64,000 nucleotides of DNA from Camelus dromedarius. Its lineage: Eukaryota. The notes below the pieces were generated by a model. That model had not been told where the DNA came from, did not search any database, and saw nothing but the letters and a program-made list of their open reading frames with translations. Where the stretch lies: assembly GCF_036321535.1 (NCBI RefSeq), contig NC_087447.1, positions 39,186,001-39,250,000 of the forward strand, in the 5' to 3' direction. This document shows, in pieces, positions 1 through 12,787 of this stretch; positions within the stretch are counted from its first letter, which is position 1, and each line of letters begins with the position of its first letter. Made by a program: the position numbers and the translations under genes.

Positions 1-298
1 GGCGCGCAGCTACTGGGTGAACAGACCAGGTGCTCTGGGAGTAAAAAGAAAGACACAGGGGGTTCCCACATCCAGCAGGAGAGGACTGCTGAGAAGGAGA
101 AACAGAAGTTCACAGTGAAAAGATTAATGATAATGCAATGTGATGGATGACTGATTAGTGCCCAATACATGGCAGAAACAACCGCCATTTCCCAGAGGAG
201 GAAGAACATGGACTGGGACTTGGACACTGGAATGGAAAGGAGGAAGCAGGACCCCGGGTGCTGTATCAGCCTGCAGGTTCTTGGACCCCATACGAGGT

Positions 299-593
299 CC
301 GTGCTGCCCAGCATGGCAGCCACTAGCTACAGGCAGCTATTAACTTGAGCTGTGGCTGGTCTGGCTGTATTCACATGTACAGCTCACCTCCACACAGGAT
401 TGCAAGGACTTAGTACCCACCCCCCCAAAAAAGAATGTAAAAGACCTCATTTTGGATTTAGCATGTTAAATAAAATATAGTATTAAAATTAATTTTGCAT
501 TTTTACTTTTTTAAAGGTGGCTACCAGAAAATTTAAAATCATGTTTGTGGCTCATATTTATGGTTTGAATTGTGTTTCCATAGTGCAGTTCTG
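299..593 (-). mobile_element. MER33-like hAT-Charlie non-autonomous DNA transposon
   Basis: Motifs gcagccactagctaca, ggacttagtac, attaaaattaatttt and gtggctaccagaaaatttaaaat...gtggctcatatt recognised from the consensus by eye. Confidence 0.7.
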
Positions 594-1434
594 GACCAAC
601 TGAATTAGAGTCTCTGGAGGAAAAGTAGGACTATGATCCAGACAGAAGCCTGGCTACTAGTCAGTGCAAAAGCTGGGGCTACAGATCGTGTCTGGGGTGA
701 CGAGTGCCCCACTACCCACCATGGCAGCAACCAGCAGAGGAGTGGCTACTGCTCAGGCCTCCTCCGGGGTCTCACCCTGCCAACCTACCTCCTGCATTGC
801 TGACTCAGTGATCCTCCCCGGAAGCCAACCCCGGTCTGTCCCTCCTAGCTCAGAGCCCTTCACTGTCCCCATGGATGAAAAGGTCTTCGCGGTCCAGCCC
901 TCCCCTCCCCTGCAGGTTTTGCTCCGGCAGCACAAGCAGGCCACAGCACCACACCTCCGCGCCCATCCACAAATCGTTCCCTCTGCTCTTTTCCTCCCTT
1001 CGTCACCTGGCAAGCATTAATTCATCTTTTCAAACCCACCTGGGGTTGTCACCTGCTCTGCGATGCCTGTCCCCACGCCCACATGAGAATTAATAATCAT
1101 CGTTCTCTATGCCTGGTCCTGTTTCTCTGGCTGCACCTATTATGCGTGGTGCTGTCTCCTTGTCTCCCTGACTATATGGTGAGAGCCTGAAAGACAAGGA
1201 CCAACAGCATTCATCCTTTTCTCTCGAGGCCACTAAGAAGTTGCCAGGGGCCAGACTATAAAGGGCAACATGTACCTGGGACTCACTGTACTTACAGGAG
1301 GAAGGGGAGTACTAGAGTGAAAAGGGTGGTTTAAGGAGATTCCCCTGGTGGCATTTCCTTCCAGAGATTATAACAGAGTTTGGAAGCGGGAAACTAGTTA
1401 GACTATGACGGCACTGGGCAGGGTGAACACCATG

Positions 1435-1625
1435 TTGTGCTGTGTGCTGGGAACGGTCCTGTATGCTTTATGTTATTAGCATACTGAATTCTCACAACAA
1501 CACAATGAAACAGGTAATATTTTGCAGATAAGGAAGCTGAAGCACAGAGGGGTTAAGTTACTTGCTCAAGGTCACACAGCTAGTAAATGGTGGAGCCAAG
1601 ATGTGAGCCCAGTGCCTGACTCGAG
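1435..1625 (-). mobile_element. MIR SINE
   Basis: MIR core ttttgcagataaggaagctgaagcacagaggggttaagttacttgctcaaggtcacacagctagtaaatgg. Confidence 0.8.
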
Positions 1626-2172
1626 TCTACGCTCCTCACTGCTGGAGCCACAGCCCGACATGGGACTGGAGGAGAGCTCTCCTGGGGCCTCACCCGGGAC
1701 ATGGGGATGGGGTGCAGGAGCAGGAAGCTGGGAGGGACGGCTAATCTAGTGAGGAACCACTTTTGGTCGATGAAATGTCATATTTATACTTGAAGTTTCC
1801 TAATTTTTATCTTAGGAGACTGCATGGGTGCAACTCAGATAAACAGAGGTGGTTTTTCTTCGGGGGGAACAAACCAAAGGGATGTGAACCCTTTTAACTC
1901 AGGAACATACAACTGGGAATTTCTAGATTCTGAAAAAAAAAACAAAAGTGACTGCAAATCATAAAGAATCAAATCAAAGTAGCTGTTTTTCCTCTCATGA
2001 ACGTGGACATTGAATTTTCTTCTTTATGTAAAACAAAAGAGAACTAAACACAAAGTAACACAACACAAATAACTCCATGTAGCCAAAGATGGCCCCTGTG
2101 AGCCAGGTAAAGGGCGGAGAGGCAGGGACCCAGGCCGGGGCCAGCAACCCCACTGCGGGGCTCCGTACTCAC

Positions 2173-2290
2173 TTTTTGCATCTATGAGCCGCTCCCGGGG
2201 TGCAGTGTCGGAGGAGGAGAGCTGCTCCTTGACTTTGGCGATATCTTTAGGATGCAGGTAGTCAAACAAACTCTGACCAATCAGATCATT
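2173..2290 (-). CDS. BMAL1: BMAL1 coding exon, 118 nt, [43 protein letters not shown]
   Basis: cttcccacag|AAT GAT CTG...GCA AAA A|gtgagt; overlaps ORF-track entry 2024..2269. Confidence 0.97.
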
Positions 2291-2491
2291 CTGTGGGAAG
2301 GTATCATCAAAAATGACAAGTCAATGGCACGTGGAATATAAACTTTCTAACAAGTGCTTTGCCTTCATTCTGCATTTTTAAGCATGGGTTTCAAATATTT
2401 CACATGTGAACGTGTACACAAGTCCAATCACTTTGCCTAGATATAAACATAATGAATGGGGCACCCAGAGTGTGGTTTTGAAAACACATGA

Positions 2492-2609
2492 GGGGCAGTG
2501 TATAGCTCGGTGGTAGGGTGTGTGCTTAGCATGCACGAGGTCCTGAGTTCAATCCCCAGTGCCCACTAAAACCAAAAACCAAAAACAACAACAAAAAAAC
2601 CCACACAGC
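2492..2609 (+). mobile_element. tRNA-Ala-derived SINE (camelid Vic-1 type)
   Basis: Head tatagctcggtggtagggtgtgtgcttagcatgcacgaggtcctgagttcaatccccag, A/C-rich tail, 13-bp TSD tgaaaacacatga at 2479-2491 and 2610-2622. Confidence 0.88.
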
Positions 2610-3563
2610 TGAAAACACATGAAGGAAAAAGGTCATAACATAAAAGAAAAACTACATAAATCTTTCTCCTCTCAGGCAAATATCTTTCCGCTGTATGTAT
2701 TCTTTTATTTCTGATGCCCACAAATTCCCCCCTAAGACGTCAGAGGGAGGAATGCGGGGCGTGAGCTCTGACTCTGACTCCGTTAAGCCTCTCGGTTCTT
2801 AAACAAGTTGTGTCACACTATAAGCCTCGGGGGCCTAATCTGTTGGCAGAGACCTGAGTAACTTCCTCCATAACTCTGCTCTAAGACTAGAAAGAGCAAG
2901 ACATTTGGAGATACTACATTGACATTGATTCTAATTTACATAAATGTTATTTTGAGACTTCAATTCTTCTGCCTTACCAAGCTTCCTTGCAAATACCAGC
3001 ATGTGAAGGAGGGAATGAATGAAAATAATGAGTAAAAACTCTAGGGACACAATAGGTGAACAGCTGTGCTCTAGAAGCTTTTATCGACGGTCATCTTATC
3101 AGTCATTTTATCAAACAGTCATAAAAGGTATGGATTATTACAATCATTTTTGAGAGGAAGCTGAGGTTCGACAGAGCTAAAAAGTGACACATTACTGCAG
3201 ACACTACTGGGTGGATTCCCACTTTGCTTAGTCCCTGATACCATACTGTCTGCCTACATCTTCCTTGTCGGAGGGCCCCTTGCCCTCCTATCCTTACACT
3301 GTGCGATATCTATCTTGCAGCAATAAGACAGTTATAATGCTGAGATCAGAATCAAATTTTCCAATGGGGGAAAAAAACACATTAAAGGAGTTTTCTGAGG
3401 TTATATTCATCTCTGTGTTAAGAATTTTCTGGAAGAAGGACGGGGTTGGGGGAGCAATATATGCATTTCACATGTGACTCGTCTATCATGATTATCCTGA
3501 AAAGTGGATGACCTTTCTGGCTGCTGTGAGGCTGCCCACCACCAGCAGGAACAGGAGCAGTAC

Positions 3564-3656
3564 CTGGCTGTAGTTGAGGATCTTGAAGACAGACTCTGAC
3601 ACAAAGAGTATCTTCCCTCGGTCACATCCTACGACAAACAAAAATCCATCTGCTGC
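3564..3656 (-). CDS. BMAL1: BMAL1 coding exon, 93 nt, [35 protein letters not shown]
   Basis: tcctgattag|GCA GCA GAT GGA...TAC AGC CAG|gtactg. Confidence 0.97.
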
Positions 3657-5847
3657 CTAATCAGGAGAAATGGATAGTCAATTTACCATACTTTAGGAAA
3701 CAGGATTTATCATCACTCTGACAGCAAATACGGATTTGTTTTCTATGTATCCCAAGCACAGGACTGCAGGCACTGACAGTTTCACAGGTATCCTGAGAAC
3801 AGGACGCTTCAAACAAACGCCTTATGCGAGTGATGAGATTCTCTCCAAGGTGGATGTACACGTGCATCAGCTAATGATTACAGGGGAAGTCCCATTAAAG
3901 TTAAGACCTGTTTCAAAGCAGAATCCAGCTTAAGAATTTTCCTTTGATTGTATGAAGGTCCAAATAAATCTATTTCATTGCTCTAATGATAACTCAGTAA
4001 TATCATAGGGTCTGAGATTGGAAGGAAACTTTAAGATCAGAATTCCACCCCCTCGCCAATATCTCAGTGCCATCTGCCCTCAACTTGAACACCTCTTTTT
4101 CCAGGGAGCTCTCTGGAATAGATCTCAACATGTGAAGTGGTGTTTGCTTTTTTTTTATAACGCTGATGGTCTGGAATGGGGCTGGATCACTGGTATTATA
4201 TTCACCCCCACCCTAAAGTGCTCCAACGTATGCAGGGTTGGGAACGACTGCTCTCAAATATTATCCCTTGATCCACGGCTGGGCTGTTCATATCATGAGT
4301 GAGACAAGAAGAGCAAAGCAAAAATTTCTACTTAGATTCTTTTTACCTCTTCTTCATTCTAAATACAAGTAAAAACCTAAAGTTCTGATAAAGACAGGTG
4401 TGGAGACAGACAGTGTGTGTCAGATAGACTGAAGCAGATAAATACTGAAGCTATGGTACCTGAGAGCTTAGGATATTTTGTGCACATGTGACCGAATCTC
4501 ATCCGTGACTTTCCAGATGGACAACCACTCAGCTCTCACGGGGGCCTTCCCGGTGCCAGGGAGGGCGGTCCCCACTCTGCCGTGAACTTACTCTGTACTT
4601 CGCTACCCTGGCCTGACACACAGTGGGTTGTTACCTTGCTTAATTCACTGGTCTGCAGTCTGTTCTTTGGAAGAATCTAGAGAAACTCTTCTTTTCCACA
4701 AAAGGGCCTCTGGGATGCAATTTAATCCAAAGAACTAGGAAATGAATTCACATGAGAGAAGGTAACAGAACGGTGCACGTGCTTGTGCGGAGAGAAAGGG
4801 AGGAGAAGGGGAGCAGAACCACTACTACGGGGCGAGACCTGGCTGGCTGCCTGGCCAGAAAGGAGCTGGGGATGCTCCTTCCTAAGTGCGGCCTCTGAGC
4901 GGGCCCAGGGCAAGGGAGGACAGTGAGGGGGAAGCAACTTCCCAGCACCATCTGCTGGAAGCCTCATTCTGTCAAAAGAGAGGGTATTAATAACTCCTTC
5001 ATTTGCCTTGCAGACAATCTTATACCCAACAAGAGAAGTATTTTGAGGCTTTTCATTAAAGAAGTGGTGTGGCCTAAAAGGTGCCCAGGAAGAAGACACC
5101 TGGAAGAAACGCTGGGCAAAGTCAGGCCTAAACAGATGACACAAGCCAAGAGGATTCCAGCACATCTGGGGGAGGGAGAAACAGTTCCAGAGGCCAGTGA
5201 ATGCAGTCACCGTAGGAGAGACTTGAGACATTCTGACTGCTTCACTCGGGCAGATAAACACCATTAGGGGGAGGAGCTGGGGCCAAGAAGACCGCCAGGA
5301 AACAGCGAGATGAGAACCATGGGTCCCAGGAGGACCAGGGCAGGCTTGCTCTAGGGAGGACGTGCTAGCTAATGAATGACACGGAGCCCGAGGGGCCGCC
5401 TTGTTTTCAAAACACAGGAGGCAGAGGATCCAGGCATTATAAACTGATCAGGTTGACTGCTCCCTGACACACCAGTTATTAAAGACATTGTGAAAGCACT
5501 TAGTAAAGAAGCAATTAGTCAGATTTGCATTGGTAAGGAAGAGAGGGAGTCCAGTTCCCGCTGCCAAACTGTCCAAACATCATCTGAGTGGAGCCTGCCG
5601 TCTGTCGAAGAAAATTCCCAGGAAACGGCAAGGAATTAGACAGCACTTCACAGCCACCAAGATGGGTCAGGGAGGTGAGGAAAATTCCATCAGGGAGGAC
5701 GGACCACCGCTGATGTTGTAGGAAACAGGATCCCGGAGAAGGCAAGCCTGAGATGAAGTACTAGTAGCCTTGTAATCCTTACTCCATCCCCAAGCAGCAA
5801 CAAGGCAAGTATGTCATTACAAAAGCAGTTTGTTTTATATATAAATA

Positions 5848-5885
5848 TATATGTAAATATATACAAGTATATATATTTACATATA
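5848..5885. repeat. AT-rich perfect inverted repeat (16-bp arms, 6-nt loop)
   Basis: tatatgtaaatatata-caagta-tatatatttacatata. Confidence 0.85.
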
Positions 5886-5911
5886 AAACACCAAGTTACC
5901 AGTATGACAAT

Positions 5912-6067
5912 TGGGACCAGCTACACAATTTGTAGGGCCCAGTACAGAAGAAACTGCAGGGACCCTGTTCAAAAATTATAATTTTCAAGATGGCGACAGT
6001 GGAGCATTAAACCAGGTGCCAGGCCCCATGGGACTGCATAGGTTGCTTGCACATGAAGCCAGCCCTG
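5912..6067 (-). mobile_element. MER45A-like hAT-Tip100 element
   Basis: ttcaagatggcgacagtggagcattaaaccagg...catgaagccagccctg terminal motif. Confidence 0.7.
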
Positions 6068-7959
6068 GTGATTTCTTGGGAGAGGCTGTAGACAGAGTTT
6101 CTATCTTAACTCCAGCAAGTCCTCCCTGAGAAGGACATATTTATGAAAAGGATGGAGAGGTGAGGGCAGAGTTGGGTCCTCCAAGTATGCCTTGACAGTG
6201 GTAACCAAAGGACCATCACAAACTTGCTCAGCTTCACTGTTTATCAATGATTGGAAGTTTATAGGACAGTGCTGTGCAGAAACAGTAAGTGCTAAAATGT
6301 TTGCTGTGAATGGATGAAAATGAAAGACAGAAAGCGGGCTGATCAGATCTACAAGTCATGCGAAGCTTCAAAAGATAGCTGATGACAAGCTGGAATGCAG
6401 GACTATCCAATAAATAGATTTCATAGAGGTAAAAAAGAAGCTGGAAAAACCTGGCCTAACAATTCTGCTGGGGAGGGGCAGAGTTACAGCCGCCCCAAAC
6501 ATGACACTAATAAGATGGCTTCTACTGCCAGGCAGGCACCAGCCTCCTCCAGCCCCAGGCCAACCAGACCGCAGCTGAAGTTCCGTGCTGGGTTGTGGGA
6601 GCCACTTCTGGAGGGAAATCTAGCAAATGGACGTGGCTTTGGAAACTGTGTGCAGCAAGTGCTGTTCCCAACCCCCTTCTCTCTTGCCAGCTTCTTCTGT
6701 GGAGGCTGGAAGACCTCGATGCATGCTCTGTAACCTGCTTTGCAGCTGAGGGTGACCAGGTGACACTTTCTGGATAAGCTCCAGCCCACTACTGGACTTC
6801 CAGGAAGGCGTATCCTCTCCTGGTACAAAGGACAGCTGGCCGAGAACCGCCCCTGCCCCTTTTTTCTGACTGGTCTGGTCACTCAGACCTGGCACAGCCA
6901 GCTCACTCCAACAAGGAAAAGAGCTGCACAACAGCTCAGCAGGGTGGTGTGAGAAGACGGAAAGGACCCGGTTCCTGCTGACCTCACTGAACCACCACAC
7001 CCGACCCCTACCAGGCTCCCCCCAGGACCAGCTCTGCTTAAGAAACAAAACTCTGTTCATTCATCAGGCCTTCTGTTCCTGGCAGTTAACACAGCACATC
7101 ACGAGGGGGTGGGCAGGATACTGGAGTGAGCAGGCAGGCTGGACTTAGAGCGCCTGAAGCCAGGTGGAGCTGAAAATGAGGGTGCACAAACCCAGCTGGA
7201 CTGCCCCCACCTCTGGGCTCTGCAGACTTCTGTTCCGAGAAGCGGGGACAGCACTGGCTGTGGGGACATGGGTGCAGGTATCTTGCCTGTTAGTGACATT
7301 TTTCTATTTTTCTTTTTACGATTTGCAAGAGGACCTGTTTCTGAATCCAGTGTCTCTTCCTTTAATTTCCAAGCAAATCTCACTCTACCTGGGAGCAGAC
7401 CTCATTCTGCACAGAAGCCAGGTTCCCACGGTGCCACCCCAGCTGCCCCTCTGCAGAGACTGGCAGTAGGGAGCCAGCCCTGCAGTTGAGTGGGTGAAAG
7501 CATTGCCTCCACTTATTTTCCTCCTCAGGCCATGATGTTTTTGAAGTTTTGTTGTTTTGATGGAATTTTGGTATAAAGATTTAGGTGGATGCTTTTGTGC
7601 TAGTGATTAAATGAGGATGAGATAAATTCTCAGTTGCTCTCAGTTTCAGTCCCTTTCGAAAACCCTCATGCAGAAAGGCGATTCCTAATTACCTCCTATT
7701 TCTAACAAAATTCTGCTCTTCTGATTTAAAGCTGCAGTAGCCTAGACCTTCAGTTTTTGCCTGAGCAAGGGTGGAAGAGAAGAGTCTCAGGGAAGGGATG
7801 TGAAGCCCGTCCAAATGGTAAGGTAAGGTGGAGACTCAAAAGAGGACGTGCACCTTACAAAGTTCAGTGTTGAGACATCCAATTCCCACACGCTGGTACT
7901 TATCACTGAAATTTGTAAAAATAAATGTTGTGTAAAACAATCCCATAATTGCAACATAC

Positions 7960-8039
7960 CCTGAGAATAAGGTGTTTCAATTCATCATCTGACAGAAAAG
8001 TTGGTTTGTAGTTTGCTTCTGTGTATGGATTGGTGGCAC
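7960..8039 (-). CDS. BMAL1: BMAL1 coding exon, 80 nt, (G)ATNPYTEANYKPTFLSDDELKHLILR
   Basis: ttttcccctgtaag|GT GCC ACC AAT...ATT CTC AGG|gtatgt. Confidence 0.96.
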
Positions 8040-9788
8040 CTTACAGGGGAAAAAAAAGAGAGAGTTGGCACACTTTATATACAAATAATGTCTCATTCCA
8101 CCTGACTGCCTCAAGCCTTCCAGATGCGGCCTAGTCCCTACCACCTGCGATCTAAATTTTATCTTCTTTTCCCTTAACAGAGACAGGGCTAGATCTGGCT
8201 TTGGACAGAATCCTCTAACGCCAAAGCAAATTCCACTGAAAAGAGGACACTGTTGTCCACAGGAAACTTAACGAGCTTGCTTTTATCGTTATAGCAAAAA
8301 TCAAGAGGTGATAAGAGGAAGTTAAAAACCTGCTTCTAAGAGAGAACGCAGCTCTAGAAGCAAATGGGCAGAGGCTCCTGGGAGGTGCCCTCCTCCCAAG
8401 ATCTGTATTAAATGGGTTGTCTAGTGGTTCCTCAAATCACCACTCTGAATGTTCTTGGGAAGTCAGCTAGTCTGCCAGGCCCTGAGTAAACACACTGTAG
8501 AAGACATTTGCTGTGAGCTCCTCTGCACTGGGGTTGAGTTAAATGAGCCTGGCAACCCGGAGAAATGCATGACTTCAGTGGATGCAATTTGAGCTCCCAG
8601 GACTGAAAGGGCACAAGCCTTATGTTTAAAAGGCTGTCAATCTGGCATTTCTCGGGAGAATGATAACTTAGAGAAAAACACCAGCGATAAATGAGTTGGA
8701 ACCTGCAGAATGGTTAGTAGAATGGTGAAGAAATCAAATGGAATGATCCAGAACAACTCCAAGTGCCACCAGGAAGGAGGGAAACAGAACGTGCCTGTGA
8801 ACTACCAACTAACCAGGCACACATCACTGACCCACGTCCCTGCTTTTTGGGAGACCTGCCACTCTTTTCCTTCCAATGTAATAGAAATCAGTTATCACAA
8901 TTTAATCTCTTTCACCTCTGCTAATATGAATTTTTAAATGCCATTTTCCAAGCACAGGATACAACATTTGTATTTCTGAATAACAATCAAAAGTCAGACA
9001 AAACCGGCTGCTTCTTACTTCCGGTGGCTTTGTAGAAACACAAAGACGTAATTCTTTCACCACGCAGGTCAGAGATCTGAGTGAGCGCCCACTTTCCAAC
9101 TTCCTCAAATAGTCCAAGGCTAGCTATGGAAAATTCCAGGACCAGCATTCACTAAAAAGCCTGACATGGTTCAGATTTCTCCTGTGGTTCGGATAAGTCA
9201 CTTCCACATTTCTGCCTCTGTCTTCTCACCCACCGCACACTCAGAAAAGAAGGAAAATACTGCCTCCCTCATAAAGAGTTGATCTGGTTTGGGAAAATTC
9301 CAGGAAGATGAAAATATCATCAGTGTTCATTCCTGACAATAAAATGCTCAAGAGCCATCAACTAGTGACTCACTCCTCCCAATGATGAATTTTTCCCTTA
9401 AAAACAAACTGACTTTTCTGTGTCACTAGCTGCACCTGCACGTGGGAGGCTTATCCCTGCATGGGTGGAGTCTGGGCACACACATATGCAAGATGGGATT
9501 TTAGCAGTCTCCTCTCAGATGTGCATGGAGCCTGCTTCTGTGCGGAGAACACAGCCTCCACCCTCCGGAGATGTAGGACAGGAGACCCACATCTTGATGC
9601 TCACATGAGCTCAATAATTGCTTCCTCTGGCCCCGAGTCTATGGCTGAAAATGACAGGCATATTACTCAAGGCTACATGCTTATAAGTAACGAACATTTA
9701 TTTCCCTTAGGGACTCGGGAACATTCTGGGTAAGGGTGGTGGCATTTGTGAGCAAGGGCGTAAAGGACAGTAAAGCCTGGGATCTTAC

Positions 9789-9946
9789 CTCGTAATGTTT
9801 TCATGTGCTGAACGGCCATCCTCAGCACGGTAAGTTTATCTAATTTCCTGGACATCGCATTGCACGTCGGTACCAAAGAAGCCAATTCATCAATAAAGCT
9901 GTTCATTTTATCCCGGCGCCTCTTTTCAATCTGACTGTGAGCTTCC
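9789..9946 (-). CDS. BMAL1: BMAL1 coding exon, 158 nt, bHLH domain [52 protein letters not shown]
   Basis: gtttag|G GAA GCT CAC...TTA CGA G|gtaag; lies inside ORF-track entry 9673..10026; H77/E81/R85 E-box-contact residues intact. Confidence 0.98.
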
Positions 9947-11058
9947 CTAAACAACAACATGAAAAAGGATTTCTGTAACAGAGCATCAAGGAAACAGGGG
10001 TGAAAATAAGTTGTAACTGCTTTCAATGTTCATCTGACAAGGCAAATTTAGGATCTGCAGAATGTTTCAAAATAGACTTTTCTACTAAAGGCACCAAAAA
10101 AAAGTAGCCTCACTGCCAGGTCAGTATTAGTTGTTTCTATGCTCACTGCATCCCCAGGATTGAGAAATATCACAGAAACTGTCTTCTCAGAGTAAACGGA
10201 CTTGTTGACGTTTCTCCCCATTTCTTTTCCTCTCAGCCTCTGTGAAGCTGGGTTTTTGGATGGGGGTGAAGGACAGAGAGGGAAGTGGAGGTTTCAAAGA
10301 GCCAAGTGAGCAGGACAGACATCAGTGAGGCCCTATGCTGAGCTGTCTCTGAGGTTTGCGCGGCCTGTCACAGACTCACTGATTGAGGTAACTAATGCTG
10401 CCGTCCATGGATCAGCCGTGACCCCAGCTCAATGCAGCAGAGGCTACATCTGTCCCCAGGCATTTCCACTGAAGAATGTCACATGCCTTCCTCCCAGTAG
10501 CTGCTACCCGCTGAGGCAGGATGGCGCCTCTGCTGGCACACTTTCTCCCTGACCGGTCTGCACCTGCCATTGGTGACTGTCCCCCTAAAGAGGTGTGTGG
10601 GCAGTTGGCTACTGCTGCTGTAGCAAGAGAAGCACGGAGTCTCTCGCTGAAGCTGGTCCATGAGGGAAAGGCCAGAAGTTTCCGGTCAGTCAAATTCTGC
10701 GGCCCCCAGCTCTGTGTCAGGACACAGCATCAGGTGGCCCTGGGGGCTAACGGCTGGAGAGCTCAGGCCCCAAGGGGAAAAGAGGGGTGGTTGGAGGCAG
10801 GAAGGACAGAGTTACAGAATCTACTCAAGGGAGCAGGGCGCCCCCGGGTCTGGCCTGTAGCTTCATGGTGCTAAGAAAGAAAGGCCTTTCAGAGGCCTTC
10901 ACATCCAGCCCAGCCCCTACCCCGGTCCTCATTCCCTAAGGCTGTGACAGTTTCGGGAGGACTGTTAGACAGGGACCAGACGCGCAGAGCCCCCTCAGCT
11001 GTGCTCCAAGCAGCCAGAGCCAGGGCTGTTCACACACAGAATGAGGGTCCCAGCTTAC

Positions 11059-11100
11059 CTTGCATTTTTGATCCTTCCTTGGTGCTCTGTGTATTCTAAC
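11059..11100 (-). CDS. BMAL1: BMAL1 coding exon, 42 nt, (R)LEYTEHQGRIKNA(R)
   Basis: tttcttccag|G TTA GAA TAC...AAT GCA AG|gtaagc. Confidence 0.96.
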
Positions 11101-11377
11101 CTGGAAGAAATACAGGGTAAAGATAAACACAAGATCCCCTGGAGATGAGAGCAGAGTTACACATCTCTTTTCCTTCCTCCCTGATCCTGGTCATCTTTAT
11201 ACGACACGTAAGGGCTGGGGGGAAGCGGGGGAGACCTTGAGCCCACGGGCTCACAGCCTCCTTGCTTATCCCCAGTCAAGGACCTGGGTGGAACCTGCAC
11301 CAAGTAACGGAGTGTGTAATTATGCAAAGACAATGGCTACGAGGACGCTGAGGTTCAAATGACCAGGTTCACGGTAC

Positions 11378-11416
11378 CTTCCATGAGGGTCATCTTTGTC
11401 TGTGTCCATGCTTTCC
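11378..11416 (-). CDS. BMAL1: BMAL1 coding exon, 39 nt, (Q)ESMDTDKDDPHG(R)
   Basis: ttttttcag|G GAA AGC ATG GAC...CAT GGA AG|gtaccg. Confidence 0.96.
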
Positions 11417-12787
11417 CTGAAAAAACAAAAGAGAATGTGACTATTAAGACATGCAAAATAGTTTCCTATCATTATACAGAAGACCCCCGTCTATCCAGAA
11501 CCCAAGCAGTGAGAAGCTCAAACAGCCGCAGTGTTGACTATTGACATAAAACCGTAAAACAAAACCACCATGAACCTACTGTAAAACTCAGACTGATTTT
11601 CCAGATTATCAGAGTTATATATAGTTGACATTTATTTTACCATATTGATTGTTTGAGAAAACTAGGAATACACAGCCTTTTTGGAAATTCTAAGTTAACC
11701 AGAGTATCCAAATAACTATAACACTTCATCCTCCCTACCCCCCACTATTCTGGATAAATGGAGGTTATTCACATGCAAAATGTACTGAGCATCAAATATA
11801 CGTGTGCACACATGTATATCTGGGTTGGGGTGGTGGGGAGGGGGAATCAAAGTACCGACAGAGAAGTACTGAGCAGAGCCCCAAGTCGGCTCTTCAGAGG
11901 CACTGCTCTGGCTCTCAGTTCGGTGGGAAACCCCAAGGTCTGAGGAATTAGGACAGAAGGAGGCCTGGGACTGGGGAACGTAGAACCCTGTTTGGCCACA
12001 GAGAGTCCTTAGGTCACAGCAGAAATCTGCCTTCCTTTCATGGACTCCAGAACCCAGTGTTCATGGCACCTTGTGGTTCAGTAGAAACTGAAATCCTCAG
12101 AGGAAGGAGTTCTAAATCCCCCTGGTTAGTTCCCACCTTTCCCCAGCCCCTCCATCCATTGGGGGGCACTGACTACCATCTGGGCCTCTCTCCTTTCTCC
12201 CATAAGACAGGAGGGGTTATGGCCCTCCCAACAGTGTAATCTCAAGGGCAAAAACAACTTTCTCAGGAGCCCCGAGGCATGTCACAGGCATCCCAGAACA
12301 GTGGTGACCAACCAGGAGCCCTGGATTTCCTCACAGGGACGAGTTTCTCTAGCTCGACCTCAGGTGCAGGAGAGATCACATGGGCCACGCAGGAAGATGA
12401 AAACTCCCTTTGTTTAGACTTGTATCTGCTCACTGAGGCAGGATGATCATCTCAGGTGAAGAAGCTCTGCCTGACAGATATGACTGGAGTACATTAAAAT
12501 GACTTCATGAACAGGGTCTCCATGAACCACAGAAGATTTGCAAACTGGGGTCCATGTGAGAAACCTGAAGGTCTTGGGTGGTGACAAGGTTGGAAACCAC
12601 AGATTTAGACAGGAGAGGTCTTAGAAGGCGCCAAGGGCTCTGTCAGCACTTGCCTGAGACAAAGAATCACAGAATACGCTTGGTTTCCCTGCTGGGGAGT
12701 TACTGCTACGGAAGAACACCCTCTCCGCCCTCACACCACCCTCCGTCCCCTGGGTGTCCACTCTCTTACTCATCTGGGATCACTTAC

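Noticed and set aside
2024..2943. Single D-boxes TTATGTAA (2024) and TTACATAA (2936)
   Set aside because: About three such 8-mers are expected by chance in 64 kb, and these are in AT-rich context.
4722..5264. 180-aa minus-strand ORF in a BMAL1 intron
   Set aside because: No similarity to BMAL1 or any family I know; the flanking exons already join in frame without it.
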